Under the pieces are notes generated by a model that saw only the letters and a list, made by a program, of their open reading frames with translations, did no database searches and was not told where the DNA came from. From Vitrella brassicaformis CCMP3155 (Eukaryota; Protista; Chromerida), in assembly GCA_001179505.1 (NCBI GenBank), contig CDMY01000721.1, positions 1-27,599 on the forward strand: a DNA stretch of 27,599 nucleotides. Reading direction: 5' to 3'. Made by a program: the position numbers and the translations under genes. This document shows positions 10,895-22,413 of the stretch, one piece after another. Position 1 is the stretch's first letter. The number at the start of each line of letters is the position of its first letter.

Positions 10895-11992
10895 TGGGTG
10901 TCGCCAAACACGCTCTTCCCGCTCAACCACATCTGTCTGCTCTCGTGGTTTCTGCTGCTGTTCTTCCCTCGATGGAGATACACCAAGGTGTGGCACGGCA
11001 GACGTATCATGGGGATGGCGGATCGGGTGATGCCTGTGTGTTTGTTTGCAATGCAGACGCTGACCATTCTGCCGCCGGTGGTACTCTCCGTGATGCACTG
11101 CATTTTAGTTCTCAAGGTGGGTCGGGTGAATGGATGGACGTACCTGCTACCTATCCGTCCATGTGTGTGTGCGTGTGTGTGTGTCAGATTCTAGCACTAG
11201 AGGGGTTTGGTTTGTTCACCAAGATCGAGTCGTTTTCCGGCGTGATGGAGCTGTTTGGCAACGAGTGGGTGGCGCTCACCATGCGCACACACCTCTCGAT
11301 ATTCGACGCCATGATGGGCCTCTGGGAGGTCAGTGAGAAGCAACCACCACTGACACACACACAAGCGGGAGGGCATTGATGGACTCTCTTTGTTGCATTA
11401 TATTGTCGGTCAGGTGACGAATGCGCGCAAGTATGGGATTCCTCATTACCTGGTGGTGCCGTGCCTTATCCTGACCTACTTCCTCGGACCCACCGGACTG
11501 CTCGTCTTCATGCTCATACGCTCCTCCGTCGGGTACGCACCAGCACAATGAATGGCCACAGACCTGCCATCCATCCATCCATGCGTGTTGCCTTTGCGTG
11601 TGTGCAGTCGCGACATGGACGATCGTCTGCCCGACAGCCCCTCCCCCTCCCTGGGCGTCCACCACCTAGACGGCCCCCACATCCACTCCAATGCCCACCC
11701 CCACACCCACGCTGAGAACACCGACAGCGTCAGCACCAAGACCTCCCCCAACACCTCATCCAACCACATACACGTCCGGCAGCGCAGCCTCGCCACGGTC
11801 AGCGGACACACGCAGGCCAACGGCACTGGCACCGCACAGAGCAGCGCCATCGACTCGCCGTCGTACGTCCAGAACGGCCTGTCGGCGAGGGGCAGCTTCA
11901 GCAACCCCTCTGTTACCCCAGCACACCCACAGGCAGAGAATAGGGGTGCGGCGGCGGCGGCGGGGTGGGGGAGGGAGGGGGACGTCACATAA
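10832..11992 (+). CDS. ABA4-like / DUF4281 family integral membrane protein with a Ser/Thr/His-rich C-terminal tail
   Basis: Exons 10832-10987, 11057-11116, 11188-11328, 11414-11532 and 11608-11992 splice in frame. Family motifs: SPNTLF...SWFLLLFFPRWRYT, SFSGVMELFGNEWVAL..HLSIFDAMMGLW and NARKYGIPHYLVVPCLILTYFLGPTGLLVFMLIR. Confidence 0.85.
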
Positions 11993-12409
11993 CACAGGTG
12001 ACATGAGCGGCATGATGGACACGGTCCGACTGGCCGTGGCGTGTGTAGCGAGTGTGTGTGTGGGTATTTTTCGAGTGGCGCGGGCCGACAAGTGTGTGTG
12101 TAGAGGGGTCGATGCTTAGTCAGGGTGGGTGGAGAGGGGAGGGAAGGCGGACTTGCGTTGCATTTCGTGTCGTGTGCCGATGGGTACATTTGGTTGCCGC
12201 GTATCATACGCGGGTGGCGGTGCAGATGCATGTGCATACGGACGTGACGAAAAATTGGCTGAATTCACATGCAGGCAGGCACGTCTCACGTCTACCCATC
12301 CACGGACTCTCACGCAAACACGGTCCACACATGGCTGGCTGGTCGGCCTGTCTGCGCATCGAATGTGCCAATCGGTCTGTCTCTGTCTGTCTGTCTGTGT
12401 ACTGTTGAT

Positions 12410-13811
12410 TTATTTCTTTTTCTCTCCCAGTATCTTGAGGAGCTGAATGAACAGGTTGACGACGTCCAGGTAGATAGCCAAGGCGGCGAAGGCGTAGTCG
12501 TCAACACCAAACTGATATCTGCGGTGCTTCCCACCCAGGATCATCTGCACACACACACACACCCCACCAACACACATCAACCGCCATACACACACCCACA
12601 GCCACCCACACGCTTGCCTGTGTGTCGAGGATGATGTAGCACGAGAAGATGAAGGCGCCCACGTAAGAGTACAACACGTGCAATATCGGCACCTGTCAAT
12701 AAAGAACGACAGACAGACACATCAAGGCAATTGATGTCTCAGGAGGGTTGGTGGTGTTGTATGTGGCTGCGTGTGGTGTGGTTTGTTACGGTTGGCAGGA
12801 GTAGCAGAATGATGCCGAATACGACAAGTGAGACGCCAGCCGTAAAGAGGTACGGCACATAACCTGCACACACGTCGGTCGCTTGACACAGAAAGAGTTA
12901 CGCCCATATAGCTGCCCACCCACCTGTGAAGTCCGTCTCGGTGAATACGGCCAGGGCGGTCAGCGCCGCCACGATGGCACACGTCATGGCCACCGCAATC
13001 AGCACCGAATCTGGTGACTCACCCGCCACACACGTGTCTGCACACACCCCTCCCCGCCACCCCCGGCTCACTCACCGATAGAGTATGCGGAGCAGATGAG
13101 GCCGACGAGCGTCCCCTCAATGACCGTCAACCTGCACACGTGCAGTGCCCCATGCAGGAAAGAAGCCGCTCTAGGTGTGTGTGGCGTACCCGGAAAGAGC
13201 GAGGTAGTTCCAGGGGAAGACACGCATCAACGAGGGGTCACTGGACACAGACCAGGAGAAACATACATGCCGCTCGGCTGTGGGGTGTGTGTGGATGTGT
13301 GGATGTGCGGTAGGTGGGCACCCTGCGTAGCAGACGGAAACTGCGATGCTGGCGAGGCACAGCACAAACACCACCCAATGGTTGGCAGCCACCGCACCTG
13401 ACAGACAGTGAACGCATGCATCCATCACAATCACACACGTGTCCATCCATCCATCCATCCATCCATCCATTGCCCTCACTCTGCACTGCCTTCGACAGCA
13501 CAAAGGGCATGGCCACCGCAACCGTCACCAGCAGCTGCACAGCGAAGATGCTGACACACCGTGCAAACAAAGGCAAACAGATCCTTGTCAGCCCTCCCCT
13601 CGCCAGTCGGCCAGATCTCCCATTCCTCCCTTTTGCCTGCGTACCCGTACACCTTCTTGACGAAGTCCTTGCGGATCTGAATGGTCGCGCTCTTGAGCAG
13701 GGGCGACTCGAGCGAGGAGGGCGAGGTGTCCCCCGTGGGCGGTTGGAACCACACGAACGGGCCGCCGTCCGCAGGAGGAGAGCTGGGCATCTGATTCTCG
13801 ATGTCAGCCAT
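12410..13811 (-). CDS. TMBIM/Lifeguard (Bax inhibitor-1 superfamily) membrane protein, 9 exons
   Basis: Motifs IRKDFVKKVYGIFAVQLLVT, FPWNYLAL, TETDFTG and YIILDTQMILGG...FGVDDYAFAALAIYLDVVNLFIQLLKILG. All junction phases are consistent. The last intron (12545-12617) is GC-AG. Confidence 0.92.
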
Positions 13812-13852
13812 CGTCAGAACCTTTTCGCAGCCGTCAGAAACGCGCTCAGGGT

Positions 13853-13896
13853 CAAGCCCTTTGTTTCTGGTTTTCAAGCCCTTTGTTTCTGGTTTT
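13853..13896. repeat. Perfect 22-bp tandem repeat x2 in a divergent intergenic region
   Basis: caagccctttgtttctggtttt at 13853-13874 and 13875-13896. Confidence 0.95.
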
Positions 13897-14025
13897 CCCG
13901 CCATCCGTAAACTCGATCGGGCTCTACGAACTCTCCGCGGAGCATGTCCATCGCTTCCCCCGGTTGACCGCAATATGCCCTATTTGGCCTTCACCAGCGG
14001 CAGAAGCGGCAGGACAGGGAGATGG

Positions 14026-17000
14026 ATGCATCCGCTGTGGCTTCTCGCGGCTCTGGTCCTCCTCCTTTCCCAGCTGGTACAGGTAGGAGCCATCATCAGG
14101 CCGCTCCACTCCAACCCTCATCAGCACCAACAACAACAACAGCAGCAGCACCAGCAGTGTGCAGGGGACTGCTCCGGCCACGGCGTCTGCCAGTCTGCCG
14201 GTGGGTTTTGTCTGTGCGACAGAGAGTGGGGAGGGGCAGATTGCAGCACCTTCCTCCTCTCAAGCTCAGAGGTCAGGCACACAAAGGAGCATCTCCGTGT
14301 GTGTGTGTCTATGTGGATGTGGATATGTGTTGCTCTCATTTGTCCACTACCAGGGTGTGCGAGAGGTGATGTTCGGCCGACAGCAGAGCGGCCATCTGCA
14401 GGACCCATGTGGCCGGCAAGCCTATTCGTCGTCGGCGGTCGAGTGTTCCGGCCACGGCATATGTCGGCAAGGCGGCGGAATGGCGGCATGCGACTGCCAT
14501 AAGGGATGGGCCGGCGTTTTGTGTGACCAGCCCATGGGATGCACGTCGGACTGCAGTCAACCCAACGGACAATGCCACAACGGTAGGTATCTACTGGATT
14601 GTGTGTGCCCTGCGTGCAGTGCACTGCCCGTACGTATCTGTGTTGTTCGTGTTGTTCAGGGGTGTGTATGTGTGTGGAGGGCTATGGAGGGGAGGACTGC
14701 TCATCAGCCGTCTGTCCAGACAACTGCTACAGCCACGGGGAGTGCGTCGAAGGCACCTGCCGCTGCCACAATGGATGGACAGGCGATAGATGCCATATCA
14801 AGGTGACTTTCTGATGGGCTGACACACACACTCTCTCCCTCTCTCGTGTGTCCTTTGTCTCGACACAGGAGTTGTCCGCCACTGCGTGCAGCCCTCCCTG
14901 CCGCAACGGTGCGCAATGCATCAACCACCGGTGCAGCTGCCCTGATGGGTTTGGGGGCGTCGACTGCTCGTTTATTCAGCATTCGGCACAGCAGGTGGAG
15001 AGGGCCTTGGACGCGCTCAGGGGTGAGGACGATGCAGAGGGTGATAACACGAACGACGATGCCGGCTCGGCAGCCAGATACATCACGGCCACTGCAGCAA
15101 CAGACGGCCAGCCAGCCTCTCCCTTTATGCAGCTGCCGATGCGGAATACCATCGACGTCGACAACACTGAGTTGGCGTATCGGCTGGACGCCCTCATCAG
15201 GGCAGAGATGCAGAGGGAGAATGTGTCTCGAGATGCGGCAAAGGGAGCTGTGGTGGAGAAGCTTCGGCGCATCCTTTCGTCACGCGGTCACGGCCCCTCA
15301 GTGCTGAGCCGCATCACACACATGGACGAGATGACGCCTTTTCCCCTCACAGTCGGTCAAGGCTCACCCGATGATGAAGACGACATGCTGCAGAAGCTGC
15401 CCCTGCTCACGACCACCACCACCTTCCCTCTCGGTGTGTCGACCTATCCACCAGCCACAGCCGCACCCACACCTCTGCCAACAGCGACAGATGAGGAGGA
15501 CGACTTCACGAGCGAGTGGCCGCCATACAGGTCATCGCCAGAGCTGCCGACGGTGAGGCCTGCCGATCCCGATGCCGGGCACATCTGCGACAGGGGATGT
15601 GTCCACGGCACGTGTGTCGAGTCGAATTGCGTCTGTGAGGAGGGCTGGAGCAAGGTGGACTGCTCCGAGAAACTGCCGGTGCAGAGGACGGACTGCCAGG
15701 ACGACTGCAGCAACAGAGGCACATGCATCGATGTAGGCGGACACGCAGTATGAGACACCGTGTTGATGGTCCTTCTCTTGTCTGTTGGCTGTTCAGGGGC
15801 GATGTCGTTGCGACCATGGCTTCACGGGCGATATCTGTGAGCTCATCGCGTGCGCCCACGACTGCTCGGGCCACGGGGCGTGTATCGACGGCACGTGCAT
15901 CTGCGACACGGCCTATGTGGGGGCAGGCTGTCAGACACCGAGATGCGACCGCTTCCCCTCCCTGCCCGAATGCGCCCGCCCACACACATCCAGTCCCCAG
16001 CCCGCAATCACGTCCCCCCGCCCACCAACCCCTGCTGATAGTGATATGCTCTCACGCGTAGCCCTCACATTCACACGGAGAAATGAGCGGCGATCGCTCG
16101 CGAAAGCGCAGCCAATGGACGCGCCGCCTCTTTTCGCATTCCACGAGGGCAAGAATCAGCCGTGTGCCGGCGAGCCGGACTGCAATGGCAAGGGAAGCTG
16201 TGAGGAGGGCGTCTGCAGCTGCTTCCCGGGCTACTCCGGCCATGCGTGTCAGATAAACTGCCCCAAGGCCTGCTCGGGAAACGGGCAGTGCACCATGGGG
16301 GCGTGTCTGTGTGTGGCGGGGTGGAGGGGGGCGGACTGCTCGGAGCGGCACTGCTGCAATGGCAGGGGCACGTGTGACGTGCCGGGCGAGCCATGCCAAT
16401 GGTACACACATCCACTCATACGCCCACAGAACAACACAGCTCTGCTTCTCCGCTTCTGCTGCAGCGATCCTGGCTTCAGTGGGGCTGACTGTGAGGTCGA
16501 CGTGCGGTCGGCTTGCCCCAACAGCTGCAGCGGCCATGGCACGTGTGACGGGCAGAAGTGCGTGTGCGGCGAGGGGTGGGCGGGGGCGGCGTGTGAGACA
16601 CCTGTGACCAAGCCCCTCATCCAGTTACATGATGCTGGGTGCCGATGTGGCGGACACGGCAAGTGCATCAACAGCACGAGTACGTGTCTCTGCGACCCTG
16701 GGTGGACCGGTGAGACGCAGAGAGACACACAGTACACAGAGGTGGGTCATTGTCGGGTCAATGCAGGCGCCGACTGCAGGGTGGAGGAGCCGCCATGCCC
16801 CTCTGACTGCAATGGGCGGGGCATGTGTGACCCCCACACACACCAGTGTAGATGTAACAAAGGTGAATGGGAGACACAAACAAAGAGCCGGACACGCGAC
16901 CTCAACTGGTCTGTGCGTGGTGTGTGCAGGTTTTGTTGGGGCCGCATGCGAAGGGCTGCTGCGCTGCCCTGAGGACTGTGGCGGCAACGGGCTGTGCCTG

Positions 17001-17321
17001 AATGGCGTCTGTGTGTGCCGTGACGGCTATGGCGGAGCAGGCTGTGTGGCTGATCATCGGCACAGAGAAGGAGAACGGAGGCACAGCAGCCATACGCCAC
17101 TCCGTCGGCGGCACGTGGCTCTCTCAGTGGAGGATGTACAGCTGCCACTGGCCCATCCCGATAGCATGAGAAGAAGACCGGCCCATCATCAGCACGCAGA
17201 ACTTGTGACGGAGGACGTAGAGGTGCCCGACGGAATACATGAACCGGAAATGTCTTCCGTCGCCGCCACTGCCTCGCCGCTCCGGAGAGTCGTCGACTTT
17301 CTCGCGTCGCTATTTCTGTGA
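14026..17321 (+). CDS. Secreted tenascin/teneurin-type EGF-repeat protein (~15 EGF modules)
   Basis: Signal-peptide-like MHPLWLLAALVLLLSQLVQVGA. Repeated CxxxCSGHGxC...CxCxxGWxGxDC modules. Introns at 14272-14353, 14583-14659, 14803-14868, 15733-15796, 16402-16464, 16710-16766 and one at ~16862-16930 all join in frame. Stop TGA after VVDFLASLFL. Confidence 0.85.
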
Positions 17322-18258
17322 TCGCCGTGAATGCCCGTCTGTCTGTCTGTCTGTCTGTCAGTCTGGTGGTGTGAAGGCGACGGACGTCTCACGTTTGTAT
17401 AGAGAACGGCGTGGGGGGCTGCAGGGGCGGTGTGGTCTTGTCCTGCTGCCTTACTCCTGCCTGCCTGCCTGCCTGCCCCGAACGTGTGTGTCCGTGTGTG
17501 TGCGTGTAAAGAGACCCCCTGTGTGCACTTTTTCCGATCCACGCGTGAGTGAGTGAGTGAATGTTGTGTGAATCACGTTTCTCACCTGTCGTCGACCAGT
17601 CACACGTGAATGTGTCCCGAACGTCCCTTCGACACATGCGTGTGGGCGTGTGGGCGCGTGCTGAGGGACAAGCTGCGACAAAATGATTCACACACACACA
17701 CACATGACATGCACACCCAGCCATGCAAGTTGTTGCGTCAGTTGTCCGTCTGAAAGCAAAGCGAGATGCGATGCGATCCCCACCCGAGAAAAATCCCCCG
17801 AGACACACAATCAATCACGTTGGTGTGTGCATGTGTGTCATCTCATCCATCGTCCATCGAATCGACGAGAGAGGGCTCATCTTAGCTTTGCTGTGTCCCT
17901 CTCCTCTCGTCGGCCGCTCGAGAGACAGACGGCCATGCAATGAGTCCAGTGAGTCGAGGCGCAGAAGAGATAGAGACACGCAGAAAGCGGAGAGAGCGAG
18001 AGCGAGATGAAGGCAAACCATCGATACACACACACATACACACACCATTCCTTTTGGTCACCCATCAGCCAGAGTCAGCTCTACAGATAAATCGGGCGCC
18101 CTTCATTGGCAGAAGAGATGAGCAGCCTCGCTCATCGTCCATCTCTCATGATATCATCACACCAATGCCCAAAACCACAAGACCACACAGAGAGTCGGGC
18201 GAAAAAACAAAACAGCCGACCCGACCCTCATCGATCCCTTGGCTCGGTCGGTCGCTGG

Positions 18259-21200
18259 CTATGCGGTCTGGGCGACCTTTCCTTGCCTGCTCTTGATGAC
18301 CTCCTGCGCCACGTTGGGCGGGACGGGCACGTACTTGGCCATCTCCATGGTGAAGGACGCCCGCCCCTGCGACAGCGACCGCAGCACCGTTGTGTAGCCA
18401 AACATCTCTGAAGGGAGGAGACACACGCACACACAGAAGTGCATCGATGTGTGTTGATGTGTCTGTGCGTATGTCCGTGCGTCTGATGGTGGCTGGCTAA
18501 CTCACCGGCGAGCGGCACTTCTGCGGTGACTTGTTTGACGTTGCCCTCCAGGTCTTCCATCTGGCTGATCTGCCCCCGCCGGCTGTTCAGGTCGCCCATG
18601 ACGTCGCCCATGTACTCGCCGGGAGTCGTCACATCAACCTGCACACACACACAGACAGGCGGACACAACACACACCTCACAAGAACCACCCCAGAGAGCC
18701 GCAGCAAACCACTCTCTGAGTGTGTGCGCACATCCCTTACCTTCATGATGGGCTCGAGCAGCTGCGGGGAGCCCTTCTTGGCGGCCTCCTTGAGAGCCAT
18801 CGAGCCGGCGATCTTGAAGGCCATCTCGTTGCTGTCGACGTCGTGATAGCTGCCGTCGAAGAGAGTGATGCGCATGTCGACCAGGGGGTAGCCGGCGATG
18901 ACGCCGTTCTGCATCTGCTCGGTGATGCCGCTCTCGACGGCAGGGATGTACTCCTTGGGCACCACACCCCCCACAATGGCGTTCTTGAACTCATAGCCAG
19001 AACCTGTGTGTGCAGGAAGGCACACAGCCATTGTTGTGTGGTGCACAAAGGAGCTGTGGATTGGCGTGTGGTGTGGGTGTACCTACCAGGCTCAAGAGGC
19101 TCGATCTCGATCCAGACATCACCATACATACCGCGGCCACCGGACTGCTTGACATACCTGCACACACACACAGAGAGAGAGGGAGAGATGCATCCGTGTG
19201 ACCAACCCCATAGTCGAGCAAGCTCCCGTGCGTGGGTACCTGCCCTGAGCCTTCGACTGTTTGGAGAATGTTTCCCTATAGGCGACCTGTGGGGCGCCCG
19301 TGACACACTCGACCTTGAACTCACGCTTGAGCCTGTCGATGATGATCTCGAGATGCAGCTCGCCCATGCCGCTGATGATCGTCTGGCGAGACTCTTGGTC
19401 CTGACAAAAGAAGCGAAGCCAACGCAGGAGGAGTGCATTGCTGGTGTGGCTGTGGGCTTTGCTGCGTGTGGTGAGCGTACCGTGGTGACCCTGAACGAGG
19501 GGTCTTCTCGCGCGAGCTTGCCGAGGGCCGCTGACATCTTATCCTGATCCGCCTTGGTCTTGGCCTCGACAGCCAAACTGCACACACACACACACACACA
19601 CAGCGCATTCACACATGTCTCCACTGGTGTGCACGTGTGTGGGCACCTGATGACGGGCTCTGGGAAGTCCATTTTCTCGAGCGTGACGACCTTCTTGGGC
19701 TCGCAGATGGTGTCGCCCGTGATGACGTCCTTGAGCCCGACAGCTGCGCCGATGTCGCCTGCCTTGAGCTCGTCGGTCTCCTTCCGCTGGTTCGAGTGCA
19801 TCAGCACCAACCGCGACACGCGCTCCTGCTTCCTCGTCCGGGGGTTGTACACTGTGTCGCCTGCACACACACACACAGACACACACAGGCACACACAGGG
19901 AGGGAGGGAGGGTGGGGCGGGTGGTGTGTCTCCGCGGCCATGGGTTTCGGGCATGTGGCTACCTGGCTTGAGTGTGCCCGAGTAGAGGCGGATGAAGTTC
20001 AGGGTGCCGACAAACGGATCAGTGGCAATCTGACCATCACACACACAAAGTAGGTAAAGTAGGCAGTCCATCCATCCATCCATCCATGTATGTGTGTGTG
20101 TGGGCTCCGCTCCCCTCTCACCGACCTTGAATGCGAGAGCCGCCATCGGGCCACTCGGGTCGGCCTCTCTCTTCTCAGGCTCCTCATTCTGGTTGATGCC
20201 TGTGATGGCTGGCACCTCTGGCGGGGCAGGGAGGTACTCGATCACGGCGTCAAGCATCGCCTGGACGCCCTTGTTCTTGAAGGCGGAGCCGCAAAGGATG
20301 GGCACCAGCTGGTTCTTGAGCACCTGGGCGCGAAGGCCCTGCTTGATCTCGTCGTCCGTCAACTCGCCTGCACAGAAGAGGGCACTTTTGCATGCGGTCG
20401 GTGAATTCTGTGTGTGTGGTGCGCCCACCCTCTTCCAGGTACTTCTCCAGGAGCTCTTCTGACGCCTCGGCGGCCTTCTCGACCATCTCGGCACTTACGA
20501 ACGAAAGAAGCAAGGGGCACACACACAGTCTGGTCGTTCTCGGCCCCTGTCTCTGCAGCATGCATGGGTGTGACGTGCTCCTTTCTTACCGATACTGCTC
20601 AGCCTTCTCTTTGAGGTCGGCGGGGATATCCTTGGCCTCGTAGGTCATGCCGCGGTTCTCCTCGTTCCAGTAGATGGCCTTCATCCTGCACACATACGCA
20701 CACAAAGACGTGCATCAGTCAGTACACGGACCTGTGTTTGTGTAAGTCCATCTACGTACCTGATGAGGTCGACGACGCCGGCAAAGTCCGATCCAGCGCC
20801 GATGGGCAGCTGGATGGGCACGCCGTTGGAGCCAAGGCGGTTGCGGATCTGGTCGACGCACCGGTAGAAGTCGGCGCCGACACGGTCCATCTTGTTGACG
20901 AACGCCATACGGGGGACCTGCGCACACACACCATCACACGCACGCGTCGGCTGCCTGTCTACGTGAGTGTGGGCATTGCTCGCTCCGCCCACCCTGTATC
21001 TGTTTGCCTGCCTCCAGACGGTTTCGCTCTGCGGCTCGACGCCCGCGACGCTATCGAAGACGGCGACCGCGCCATCAAGCACCCGCAGTGACCGCTCGAC
21101 CTCGATGGTGAAGTCGACGTGGCCCGGGGTGTCGATGATGTTGATGCGGTGGCGGGGGAACTGCTGATCCATACCTGCCATGCACACAGAAGGTCCACGC

Positions 21201-21777
21201 ATGAGGGAGTGCGCATCGATCATGTGTCTGTCTGTCTGTGTTTCTGGCTGACCGTTCCAGAAGCATGTGGTGGCAGCGCTGGTGATGGTGATGCCACGCT
21301 CCCTCTCCTGGTCCATCCAGTCCATGGTGGCCTCACCTGCACACACACCCCAGCCACACGACAGACACCACAGATCCATCCATCCACCCATCCATTCTGT
21401 TCCTTTCTGTGCCGTGCTGTGCTCTGCCCTCCCCTACCATCATGGACCTCGCCGATCTTGTACGACACCCCCGTGTAGAGCAGCACCCTCTCAGTGGTGG
21501 TCGTCTTGCCCGCGTCGATGTGTGCCATGATACCGATGTTTCGGTATCGGTCCAGCGGGATGTCCTCGGTGTCTTTGTCTGCCTGCTGCATACGCAGCAC
21601 CTGATGCTGCTGGCCTCTCGGCCGCAGGCGCTGGGGCGCATGGCTGGAAAGGTGGCCGGGGGAGGCTGGGAGCGGACTCAAGAATGCAGATCTTGGGGAT
21701 CTGCGAAAGCTGGCGCCGAAGCAGCAGAGGGAGAGGGCAGAGAAGCACAGGAGGGAGAGGGCAGGCTGCATTGTCAT
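18259..21777 (-). CDS. fusA: Nucleus-encoded, probably plastid-targeted translation elongation factor G, 15 exons, intact
   Basis: GTPase motifs [35 protein letters not shown] and CGSAFKNKG, plus domain IV/V motifs [15 protein letters not shown] and VPLAEMFGY. All 14 GT-AG junctions were traced in phase. The N-terminus is a hydrophobic signal ([22 protein letters not shown]) followed by a Ser/Pro/Arg-rich transit-like stretch ([13 protein letters not shown]...). Confidence 0.96.
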
Positions 21778-21945
21778 CGTCAGTGATGCGGACGGAGAAA
21801 TGCAGACAGGAAGATGCTGGCTCACGTCCAGCGATCGCTGCGGCCGCTTAGGGTGTTTCATGAAACCCTGCTGTGGGAGTAGGAATCTGCACTCTAAGCC
21901 CGCAGACGTTGCCGCCGCTCCTTGCTTCTTCCTGCGTAGCTGGCC

Positions 21946-22370
21946 ATGTGGGTGTCCCGGTCTCTCTTTGCCCTCCCCTTGTTGTGGTCTCACTCATGCG
22001 CTCGGATTCCGCATCCACCGTCCCTCCGCAACCAGAGGCCTCAACACGCATCTCGCAGACTGCAGGTGCAGTGCAGAGACCTCTTACTTAGGAAGGCAGT
22101 GCAGTGCAGTGCATGTGTGTGTGTGTGTGTGTGTGTGTGCATGGGAATGCATGGCGTGTGTGGGATCGGTGCGGTGCATGCAGGTGTCGGAGGGCATGGA
22201 GATCTCTAACGACACCGCCAGGGCGGGGCTCGACTACAGCAACGACTTCAGGCACCTTAAGCTGACAGTGCAGGACATCGACGCAAACATAGCAACACAG
22301 GTACACTCCACTCCTCTGCACTTAACTTTCTCGCAGAAAGATCCGATGGGTGGGTGCAGTGCATGGCCCC

Positions 22371-22413
<43 letters not shown>

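Noticed and set aside
13853-13896. Short repeats as a CRISPR array
   Set aside because: Eukaryotic context, only two adjacent copies, no spacers and no cas genes.
22088-22183. Possible GC donor (AAG|GCAGTG) for amidase exon 1
   Set aside because: The canonical CAG|GTGCAG donor at 22066 gives the same phase.
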